DNA of 64,000 bases from NCBI GenBank assembly GCA_030141605.1, contig JAQGDQ010000019.1:1116001-1180000 (forward strand). The letters run 5' to 3'. Under the pieces are notes generated by a model. That model searched no databases. It had not been told where the DNA came from and saw only the letters and a program-made list of their open reading frames with translations. Of the stretch, positions 1-9,806 are shown one piece after another (positions within the stretch are counted from its first letter, which is position 1; the number at the start of each line of letters is the position of its first letter). The stretch comes from Tubiluchus corallicola (Eukaryota > Animalia > Priapulida). The position numbers and the translations under genes were made by a program.

Positions 1-89
1 CATATATGCAGGTGAAGAGAAAGCACAAAAATTGGTAAAAAAAATCATAATCTTTCTAGAAAAGATCTTTTTTCAGGCCTTTTATCTAC

Positions 90-241
90 CTTGCCAACTT
101 TCTTGTAAGGAATTGCATGCTCATCGCAGTATTTATAAATGAGTTTCATGCCCTCCACACAAAGTTTTGCTTTTAGAGAACCTGGCGTATAATATATACC
201 AGCATGAATCACTCCACTGTTGTGGCCACTTTGATGAGCAG
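90..241 (-). CDS. L2HGDH: L2HGDH coding exon 4 (152 nt); gene continues left of window
   Basis: ttttcag|CTGCT...GGCAAG|gtagat. Encodes [50 protein letters not shown], the [16 protein letters not shown] signature of L2HGDH/LhgO. In frame with exon 3. Confidence 0.95.
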
Positions 242-1025
242 CTGAAAAACAATGTTACACATGTTTTTATGGATTATCTCAAATAATGATACAATGGACT
301 AGTGGGTAAATCAAAATCTTTCTCCATCAGGTGGTAGCTTTCAACAAAAAGAGCTGACATTTTTACCAATCCTTGCCCATGGCCAATTTGCTCTTATTGA
401 CTATGATTTCCTACAAGGTTCAGTGTTATTACTATAGCAAACTCAAGTAACATGCATGGCTTTACCACAAATTACCTAAGGTTTGACAACTGCTCAAATA
501 TATTAATGCAACATAGTGGCCTGCATATACTGTAATTACTTTGCAAGGACATGGTTGCTCATTTGGCTAACCAATGTTACAAACACACCTACAACAGTTT
601 ATTAATGACTATTTGACAATCAGTCATCCTAGTATTAGCTGCATACTTTTTTCCAAAGGTAAAGCTTGCTCACTTTAAAATATCAAAGCTCTGAAACACA
701 CCCACAACAACTTACTACTGCTGGACAGTAGCATGAGTACTGACTACATAATTATATAAAAGTCACCTTATCATGAATGTGACCTTATCAGAATCATCAA
801 ACACACTAACTACTGCTTTGTAATGTTATTGGACATTGGATACTTAATTACTCTCCAAATGTAAAAGTTGTTCTCATAGTTGATCTCACAAAGTTTCTTG
901 GTAAGTTTCAATGTTGCTGATTTGGCAATATAATAGTTAACTATTGTACCATAAGCACAAAAGAAATCCTTTGTTTTAAGCATCAAATTGCTTAGCAGAG
1001 TAAAACCTTCTAACCACAATCTTAC

Positions 1026-1174
1026 CAACATTCTTCTCTTTGTCAACCACTGCAAGCTTGAGGTTCCCATGTCTTGAGATTAATTCTTGAGCAGTTGCCA
1101 AGCCAATAATTCCTGCACCAACAATGACAACATCAAACTGCTTATAAGGTGATGTAGCATGACTTGTCTGGGTA
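1026..1174 (-). CDS. L2HGDH: L2HGDH coding exon 3 (FAD-binding Rossmann motif)
   Basis: ttgcag|TACCC...GTTG|gtaag. Encodes FDVVIVGAGIIGLATAQELISRHGNLKLAVVDKE, with the GxGxxG dinucleotide-binding motif of the L2HGDH/LhgO family. Confidence 0.93.
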
Positions 1175-1231
1175 CTGCAATATGTAATAACAATTATAGT
1201 GTTCATTACGACACTTAACAATCAATATTAC

Positions 1232-1280
1232 CTTTTGCTTTTTGAATATCTATGAATAGTTTGTTTTTCAGGGAAGAGAG
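1232..1280 (-). CDS. L2HGDH: L2HGDH coding exon 2 (49 nt)
   Basis: Minus strand reads ctttttgttttag|CTCTC...AAAAG|gtaata. Phase 1 in, phase 2 out. Open frame (A)LFPEKQTIHRYSKSK(S) joins exon 1 to exon 3 without a frameshift. Confidence 0.65.
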
Positions 1281-1626
1281 CTAAAACAAAAAGTTAAAAC
1301 AATAACAGCAAAACAACAAATTATTGTATTGTGTGTAATGCAGTAATTGAAAATCAGTATTGAACTTAGCCTCATTCTTCTGTACAATGAATCAGAACAG
1401 TGTGGGGCAGCCAGATGCAAGCTGGAAACCCAATGAACAAGTCAGCTATGACAAGAAAGTGTTGTAAGCTGTCCCATAAATCCAAATTTTTCGGTATTCT
1501 CAACTTATTTAACTCAAAAATAATCAAAATAAAAAACTGATCTAATTAGTTAGAATCACCCAAGTGTAAACGATCTAACATGGCTTGCCAGGGATAAGCG
1601 GTGGACTTTGGACAGCCTTGACCACT

Positions 1627-1705
1627 GGGAGATGTGGTGGTCTGGTGGTTAAACTGTTTGCAATGTAAGCAGAATGCATCTCGTTCAAATCCAGGTTGCA
1701 TCCCA
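1627..1705 (+). pseudogene. tRNA-like element (tRNA pseudogene or tRNA-derived SINE head)
   Basis: A-box-like TGGTCTGGTGG, B-box GTTCAAATCC (1683-1692), 5' GGGAGATG and 3' CATCCCA acceptor-like arms, and stem TTTGC/GCAGA around a 7-nt loop AATGTAA. Lacks the invariant U33 and the stems are imperfect. Confidence 0.55.
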
Positions 1706-2694
1706 AAATTTTTCACATTTCCTTTCTTTCAAATTTGCTATTAAAATTTAATTAATTGTAGGTTTATAACATCATTGAACAAAATATCAAATATTTATAA
1801 CATAAACTAGCACACAATTTTAGAAATTGAGGACATTTGTGCCAAAATACAGAACATAATACTTCAGCTTCAGACAATATGGTATTTCATGTTTGAACAT
1901 TATAAAGATCTGTATGTAATATGTAACTGTAAAACTAATGTCAGTAAATTTCATTTAGCACCAACAATTCTATTCTAGCTTATCTGGTTAAGTAAAATTT
2001 TTCTGCAATGTTACTTTACCAGAATCAATTGGATCACGATTGGAGTGGTATATTGATAAATGGACAGCCCAAAAAAATTTATTGATACTGAAAAAAGTTC
2101 TGTCACAGTTTTTTGTTTATTGAGTGGCCCAAAGTTATTGACTCGCCGAAGTTTGGCAAACTTTAAGTGTATGAATGGTCTTGATACCACCAAATTTTGT
2201 TCCATAATTTAGCTATAATACTACTAGCAAAAGAAATACAATAATCACCTTCTTAGCCTAGCATTTTTGCGAAAGACATTGCAATCACGACGCAATATGC
2301 CTAATTACCGGTACCTGGTGGGGCCTATTTTGCAAAAGGCATCAGAATCTCGCTGGCCGATCTGTCTTGGCCCCTCGTAGTCATTACAAGTTGCAAAAGC
2401 CTAAATTTAATTATACGAATTAACAGCCTTACCTCTCAAGGTCATAGGGACCTAGAATTGGTTGAAATCTCAAACACAATTTAAAACTAGTGACAGATGG
2501 CATTACAATGGTAAATTGTCCCAGTTGTTGACGACACAGAAGGCAAAAAAATGGAATTGAATATAGGTTCATGAAAAAGCAACAAATAACTTGGAGGGGT
2601 GTCCACGGAGGGGTCCAGGAGGACGTAAACATAAATCATCCCCCTGGAGGATGGATGATCCACTGATTTTATAATAATTGATGTGATCAAAGGT

Positions 2695-2897
2695 CTCTTT
2701 CCTTTGTTTCAGAGTTGATATCATAGAAAGGTCAGCAACCTCAACTAGTCAAACACATTGGTTTTGAGTTTTTTCTAGTGACGCTTTAAGGATGGCGTAC
2801 TGTGGTGACCAGACTACTCAAGAATAGGGCGCACAACAGCTTTGCAAAGAGGAATGATTAATACAACGTTTAATCATACCTATACATTGATTTACCT
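2695..2897 (-). mobile_element. CR1/L2-clade LINE ORF2 fragment, inverted 5' segment
   Basis: Minus strand, with frameshifts and stops: NQCIGMIKRC / PLCKAVVRPILE / VVWSPQYAILKASLEKTQ...TLKQRK. This matches the post-RT motifs AN..LG.IKR, LYK.LVRP.LEY...VWSP, LE..Q and L..RR. Confidence 0.75.
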
Positions 2898-2912
2898 GTG
2901 AGAAATGACATT

Positions 2913-3190
2913 GAGGTCCGTGGCGATATGACAGAAGTACACAAGTTTACACATGGAATGTACAGTATGCATGCTGAGATCCTTCAAAGAGATTATCAGA
3001 TAAGAACTAGGGGACATTCATACAAGTTAAAGAAAAGGTATAGTCGTACTGCTACACAACACAACTACCGCTTGAGGGTCGTAGATCGCTGGAGCAACCT
3101 CCCTGTGTAGTCTCAGCAAACTCCAGCAAAAACCTCTTTTAAAAGCAAATTAGACAATGTTTGGCTGAACTACCGATACAGCTCCGAGGC
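2913..3190 (+). mobile_element. CR1/L2-clade LINE ORF2 C-terminal fragment
   Basis: RGDMTEVHKFTHG...RTRGHSYKLKK...RVVDRWSNLP, then a frameshifted ..SFKSKLDNVW. This is the typical CR1/L2 ORF2 C-terminus. Confidence 0.85.
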
Positions 3191-3417
3191 TATGCCACTT
3201 ATAAATTTTTAGAAGTGCTGACAGTTATGAACGGTCAACAGGAGAGATGCCTAACAACTAGGACCGAATGGATATGATATTGCTTCGAATGTGAAGCTTT
3301 ACAATTTATTATAACATAACAGCAAATGATCAGAATGATCTACAAACCTTAACGATAAGAATCTGTTCTTACGCAAACAAACTTGGCCTCCTGCAAGAAC
3401 ATTTGCAGCAACATTAC

Positions 3418-3484
3418 CTTTCACACATTTAGTCAAATTTGATGAAAATTTTGGAAAACCACTTCGTGCAATGGAAGCGGCCAT
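3418..3484 (-). CDS. L2HGDH: L-2-hydroxyglutarate dehydrogenase, coding exon 1 (mitochondrial targeting peptide)
   Basis: ATG at 3484 gives MAASIARSGFPKFSSNLTKCVK: rich in R/K/S/A with no acidic residues, like a mitochondrial presequence. Donor AAG|GTAATG follows 3418 (67 nt, phase 1) and splices in frame to the exon at 1280. Confidence 0.75.
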
Positions 3485-3657
3485 TGTAGAAAAGGCACAG
3501 AACAGTGGCGACCTCTCTCAATGATCACGTGACAAATTCACAAGTGTGTGAGCGTGTGTTAGCGGCGCTTGCTTTGACGCCGTCGTCTGAATCATTTTCG
3601 TGCCAGATGCAAGCAGTGTTAGTTGCGTTTGATGTTGGGTTGCAAGAGCAGCAAACT
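3485..3657. promoter_or_regulatory. Putative compact bidirectional promoter / 5'UTRs between L2HGDH and TRIM9
   Basis: Divergent ATGs at 3484(-) and 3658(+). Palindromic E-box TCACGTGA at 3525-3532 (GTCACGTGA on the minus strand, USF/MiT-TFE type). Locally rich in CpG. TSSs cannot be read from sequence. Confidence 0.6.
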
Positions 3658-4437
3658 ATGGAGGACGAATTAAAGTGCACGGTTTGCAAAAGAATTTATA
3701 CTAATCCTGTTCTTTTACCCTGTATGCACTCTTTGTGTTTTAACTGTGGTCTTCAGCTTCAACAACCTGCTCAGCAAGTTTTGACTGGAAATGAGGACGC
3801 ACAAACAGTAATAAGCGAAGGATCAAGTGGATATGAAACTAGTGGTGACTCTCCAAACGTTGACACGCTTAGCATCGTTAGTGAGACTGATTCTGGTGTC
3901 GTGATTAACAGTAGGCCAAATAGTTATGTGGGAACACCAAATATACATGGAATGATATTTCCACCACTGCCTGCTAATTCGCTGGCAGTCACGTGTCCAG
4001 TGTGTTCGAAAACAGTTTATTTCGACGAAAATGGTGTGCAAAATCTGTCAAAAAGCAGAGCACTTCAAAATATAATAGACAGATATAGAGAATCAAAAAA
4101 TCTTGTTGTAAAGTGTCAATTGTGTGAAGGTGACCCCAAGGACGCCACTGTTTTATGTGAACAATGCGAGATACTGTACTGCGATGTGTGCAAGGATAAT
4201 TGCCACCCTGCACGGGGACCACTCGCATCTCACACCCTCATAAATCCCAACCAAGGGAGGGACAAAATACGCGCTAAAAACAAGATTCGGGACATCCGCT
4301 GTTCAGAGCATGTGGATGAACAGCTGAGTATGTACTGTATGCTTTGTAAGGTAGCCGTTTGTTACATTTGTTTACAGGATGGGAGACATAGTAACCATGA
4401 TGTACAAGCTTTGGGAGCAATGGGAAAAGCACAAAAG
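3658..4437 (+). CDS. TRIM9: TRIM9/TRIM67-like E3 ubiquitin ligase, coding exon 1 (split RING, B-box1, B-box2)
   Basis: MEDELKCTVC...LPCMHSLCFNC...(Ser-rich insert)...CPVC RING; B-box1 CQLCE...CEQCEILYCDVC...CHPARGPLASH; B-box2 CSEH...CMLCKVAVCYICLQDGRHSNH. 780 nt, ending AAG|GTAATT (phase 0). An upstream in-frame ATG lies at 3607. Confidence 0.95.
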
Positions 4438-4611
4438 GTAATTTATTGTTTGTATCAAGATATCAAGATATTGTTTGTATCGTACGTATAAGGGACAAAT
4501 CACACTACACTGAGTGACGTTGAAGGTGTTTAAGGCCTAACCAATTCTGATCAGTTCACGAATAGATTCAATTGTATAGGTTCATGTTGTTATACTGCTA
4601 CAGACAAATTG

Positions 4612-4812
4612 ACGTGGATAAACCATTGCTGGCTAAGTATCTCATCTTAGCATTATCCCCGATTCTTGTCACAGCCACCAACGTAAGCAGTGCAAATATC
4701 TTGTAGAAGATTATTAATTAGAAGAATGCATATAAATTTGTACGAACGTGGCTAAAACACCATTGCTGGCTCAACATCTTGTCAGAGCATTATTACTGAT
4801 AAACCTGTCAAA
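4612..4812 (+). repeat. Degenerate two-copy tandem duplication (period ~135)
   Basis: acgtggataaaccattgctggctaagtatctcatcttagcattat (about 4612) versus acgtggctaaaacaccattgctggctcaacatcttgtcagagcattat (about 4746). Confidence 0.5.
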
Positions 4813-7800
4813 TATCGGTCTTATCTTAACATAGGCAATGCACCAAAATGTAGGTAATGCCATAATTGCCATTGAATGCTGTGGCTACAAGCTCGCCTTT
4901 TAAAAATGAGTGATTTTCGCAATTTATACTCATATCATTAACTACCAGTAGTGAAGAAAATCGCCCTATACTCGTTCATGTGCATAAATTGCTCTTGTGA
5001 TCTTATCTAGGTAACACTGGTGTCGAAAGTTTGGATGCAGTTAATTTAGGCCTAATGTAAACGTTATACAGGGCCGATTTGTAGATATTTACCTTACCAT
5101 GTTTTATATGGTCATATACCGCGGCTTGAGTAATGCATTTTCACCCTCCGAAAGCTCTTAACCTAGAAATCGTGCACCACTTTCTAAACCTGCTAATAGG
5201 CGCAGCATGTTTAATCGCTAATCCTTTACTATAGGGTCCTGTCTCAAACCAAATTGTTATGCAAAGCGCATGCCAACTGCTGACTAACCTAGAGATTTTG
5301 ACACCCACTTGGGCAAGTAATCCACCCAAAGCTCTTTAAACGAAACATTGGTCTCTTGTTATTGGAAACATTAAAAATAGTGTCTTATCTCTCGGTTTGT
5401 GCCACAAGCAAGGAACCTAAGCAAGCCGACTTTGTGATGAGCGAGAAGTAGACTATACTGAATCTATGGTCAAGCGACGAACATATGACTGAGCGGGAAT
5501 GTCTTTGCAGGTTAAAACTCTGTTTTGAACGTCCAGTAGTTTTAGTTTACCAAAAGTCGCCATGTAGGTGTTCTAAAATTATGAGTTTCTGTGATAGCTA
5601 AGAACCTTCAGAGTTTGGGGGTCTAGTCAAATGAGTACCGCATGCTCTTACATGAAGATGTAAATGAGTATCTTCACGCTTACATGAAAATACAATATAA
5701 TGTGACATTAGCAGATTTTTGAAGATAATTATGAAATTTTTGAAAGTTTGCGAGTTGGTGCCTTGGTGGAATTTACAACATTAATTGGCTTTATTATTTA
5801 TATTCAATCATTTGGCTTTTTCTTATTTATATTCAAATTGTATTATAACCTAGTACTAAGGAGAAGGCAGTGAGCTTTCAGTTTCCATAATAATGCTGAA
5901 TCTCACAGGCTTTATTTGAAATCCATTCTGCCTTCGATATTTTCGTTCGTGAAACAGTGTAAACACGTCTAAATTTAAAGTCAACCGTATTATCGGCTTC
6001 GCGGGGGTAGATGTATCTATTTGTGTGGTCTTGCGAAAAACTTCCAATGTTAAATTTACGAGATGTTTACAGTGCATATTGCTGAACTTAAATCTAGCTC
6101 CCTTCAACCAGGAAAAACGGCATCGTAGTAGATAACTGCCAGACTGCTTCCCTGTTTGGCTTGTATAATGACCACCACGTCGCATAGATGCGCAACTCAT
6201 CACTTTTCCAAATTCTTGAGACTCTGATCTGTCGTAACTTTCGATGAGTTCAAATATTTTTAGCCCAGATCACCTCCCCGAATTTTATCTGGAAATATTT
6301 AGATGTTCCTCATGAGAAATGCGGTGGAGGTGCACTGGCAGTGGCAGACAGTTATCGACTATGATTCAATCCTGTAATTATATATGAAACCGTTATGGTT
6401 AAGTTTGTTGACTATAGACTACAGTTAATAAATGTATTATTGTACGTATGGTAGTTTGATATAGTAGACTCCCCGTGTACGCCTTTAATTTGTGTAAACT
6501 ACATCAATGAAGAGCATAGTCACTAGTAATAGCTCTCTTAATAATCTTTCAAACAAGTCTTTAGCTCATGAAGTCCACTTTAGGTACTGCAGATTGTAGA
6601 ATAATCAATAACCTCTGAAGTAACATTAACATAAATTTATGAAGTCCGTACATGGTAATAAATCACATTTTAATACCATATTACTGCACCCCAAAAAATG
6701 TAGTAACTATAAAGCGTACTGCTCCAGTTTGGTTCTCGGCTTTACTTAAACTACTATTTTCTAGTACAATAGTTTTTCATGTGAACTGAACCATGGCAGG
6801 TTTGTACGTTTTTCGCAATTTTAATCTTGCCTTTGTGTAATGAACAAATTAAAGGTTAAGCAGTACAGGATGAACCCGTTCATAAACGCGCTTACTGTTT
6901 AAATTAGAGCTTAATGTGGCAGAGCCGAGGTGGTTTAACATGAACTCAAGTTTAACCAGGAAACTCTTATTAATCAACAGTGAAATCTGTCGAGCTACTT
7001 TAATTGTTAGCTACATGCCTTTTATTTTTCGGTATAGAATTTGTTGCTGCCACGGCGCATTTTGTAGCTTTCGTGCGTGCGTTTCCGCATTTGAATATTT
7101 ACTGATTGTGCACATTTGACAATGGACGCAGTACTTGTGTACATAACCGTATGTCTATAGGTCCTGTTTCGGTGCACGGTAAAAATTGAACAGGAAAAAA
7201 TGGCACAGGTAGAAAGGACACAAATGGAAAAGTAGGGGGAAATGGAATACTTATAAAATGGGAATTTGGAGTTAAGGTTACTATGGGGGATAGTTAATTA
7301 ATCATAGTGCTTATTTTTATGTCTACCAACCAAGTTATGCTTCAATGCTGGTTGCTTTTTTGGATGGCTGTTATATATGTATATATAGGAATAAGCCTGT
7401 TACGCAAAAACTAGTTAACAGATTCCGCGAAACTTTGTGGAGGCGGATATAGGGGACAGATGCATTTTAATGCTGATTCATGGATGGGGGAGCGGGTGAA
7501 AACTGCCCAAAACTTTTCGCCCGTTCTTTTTTCACAAAACTTGACAGAACACAACGTATAAAAACTTCACGGTGGTTTTAGAGAGGCCGTTATAATTCTT
7601 TGGAAAGAGGAGGACTTGGCTACAAGATAGGACAATTCTTTTTTATTATCTCCTCCAGGACATACTAGTACAAGTTGGTTCCAGATACCATTTCGAGAAA
7701 CATTCGGATGGAAAACAGTGCAACACTGTCTATAACCTTTTCTATACACGTATACCCTATAAACTAACTTAGCATGAAAATAGTATATTTGTCTGTCCGT

Positions 7801-9311
7801 TACCATCGCCAAATGGTTAAAGGAATGTAGAAAAACACTACGTGGAATGTTCGTGCATTATTGTTTATAATTCTTTTTAATGAACAAAATATTTTGTGAG
7901 TCTTTCGTTAGTCTACAGGTAGATTTTGTGTCTTTGTTTGTTTATATTTGTTTTATGTTTTTTCCTATCAAAAGAATCAGCCGAACATGTTTAGGATTTT
8001 TCGATCTTGGTGAAGATCTACGCATTCTAATTTTATTATAGAAATTATCTGCACCAAAATAACATGATGTGTGTAAGTAGTGAGTGCTGTAGAGTAGACA
8101 CGTATACCATCTACTCCTGTTAAATGTGTTGGTTCTCATTCACCGTTCTTGGCATGAAACTATTCAATCGCACAGTCACAATGGAGCATTCTTATCCGGT
8201 GCGTCAGTCCTGTGTATACGGTTAAAGTCCAAACGGCTGGTGGTGGATCCACAAACTTATATATGGGTGGTTTGGGCTGCCGGTCGCCTAAAATCTTGAG
8301 CGATTACAATTAGATTTAAAAGCCTTAAGTGTAGAACTTCATTGGAAATGCGAGCCTTTTAGCATTCCCTTAAATTTAGTTTTGTGATAAGCTTGTGATT
8401 ATCAATGCTACTGTAGAAAGAAATGTCGCATGATGAATTGGATCTGCAAATCAGGGTTGCCTGCGGTTAAACGCTTTGTTTGCTGGACGTAGTACGAATC
8501 ATAGCTGGGTCTCTGCGTCAAGTTTGCCGACCCTGGCACTGATTCGATTATACTGTATCAAACAAAATAAAAACCTCCATCATCCAGCAAACACCTGAAT
8601 GATAAAAAATGTTGTGACTGATGAATAAGATGGCTTGGTTTGAATAGCACCGTTTTATTTTTAAGTTGGCATGGTGAAGTGATCCTGAGCCCACAATAAT
8701 TATAATTAGTGTAGTAAAACTAAAGTTGACCACAATATAGGTGAAGCGAAAGGAGATGAAAAACGCAAAAAACTTGGGACTAATCATGGATTGGAGGCCC
8801 TGTGCCTTGACTTCCTATTGCTCCTTTTTTGTGAAGTTAGGTTTCAAAATAAAAATTAAAATTACAAATAATTAAAATTTTGATAATAATAATAATGATA
8901 ATAGTAATAGCATGCATGATAAAAATACAATATGAATCCTGTATGAAAATCTGCTGTCAGGTTTATAGAACAGGCCAACACAGATGCTATAAACTTATAA
9001 ACTTATTTGAAATGGTTTCATTGTGATGTTTATTCACTGATCGTGAATTGTGTGTGTGCAGAGGAGTAACAATATTCAGTCAGTTTGTTGACAGAGCAGA
9101 GCAAGTTTATACAACAAAATATTGGCCCGTTATTTTATGGCACGCTGTTTATATGTTTCTAAGAATTGGCACAGAACTTGCATGGCTTCTTTCAAAATGT
9201 TGTCAGAAAATTTAAATTCCAGAAAGTTTGCATTTGTTATATTCTCAGAGTCTCGTTTATTCATGAGACTAAAAGAAAGGTGCCCCTCAAACATCCCCGT
9301 CACACCAACAC

Positions 9312-9806
9312 GGCTCAGCGGTAACCATTTTTACTCTAGGACTGTTAAAATAGTAAACTAAAATTTCTTAATGTTTTATAAATTTTTATGAAGGACCATA
9401 GGTCTAAATTATACGAATCCAGGCAAAAAAGTCAATGAAAAAAAGAAAACCTAACCCTAACCCTAATCCTAAAATTTTGAACAAAACGTTATTTTTTTCA
9501 TATGGCTGATACATATATAGATGTAATGCCATGATATAGTGTTGTCAGTATGTACAAGTCTCGTATTGTCAGTTAATGACGGATTTAAAATATTTTCTGT
9601 TTTATTACTTTATTGTTTATGGTACTTAAATAAATTGTGACTGACTTGAATATTTTTTGATTACCTGACTTTCTTCCCTTGCTAAATTGTGACTTTTTTC
9701 TATCTACCATAAATTAATTGTGACTTTTCCTGTGACCTTTTTCGTAGTCAAAATTTACTACGACTTTTTCTGTGACTTTTTTCCTGTGACTTTATTACCG
9801 CTCACC
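9312..9806. mobile_element. MITE-like element with subterminal TGTGACTTTT repeats and internal (CCCTAA)n
   Basis: Terminal inverted match AGCGGTAA (9317-9324) / TTACCGCT (9795-9802). About six (T)GTGACTTTT-like copies at 9636-9793, with the reverse-strand motif AAAAAGTCA near 9426. CCTAACCCTAACCCTAATCCTAA at 9450-9472. Confidence 0.5.

Noticed and set aside
2433-2486. Extra L2HGDH exon ending at the strong minus-strand donor GAG|GTAAGG
   Set aside because: Not needed for frame, has a weak acceptor and shows no L2HGDH similarity.
3505-4491. 328-aa single-exon ORF as the full TRIM9 protein
   Set aside because: It starts at GTG under a prokaryotic start rule and reads through the donor at 4438. 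Homology continues at 54744. The read-through tail ends ..VSYV (PDZ-ligand-like), but I see no nearby poly(A) signal to support it.
5856-6330. 115-aa minus ORF and upstream 'ELIESY..IW' resembling a MADF/transposon protein
   Set aside because: Similarity is too vague to support.
9450-9472. Telomere or chromosome-fusion relic
   Set aside because: Only 3-4 hexamers, embedded in a MITE-like element.
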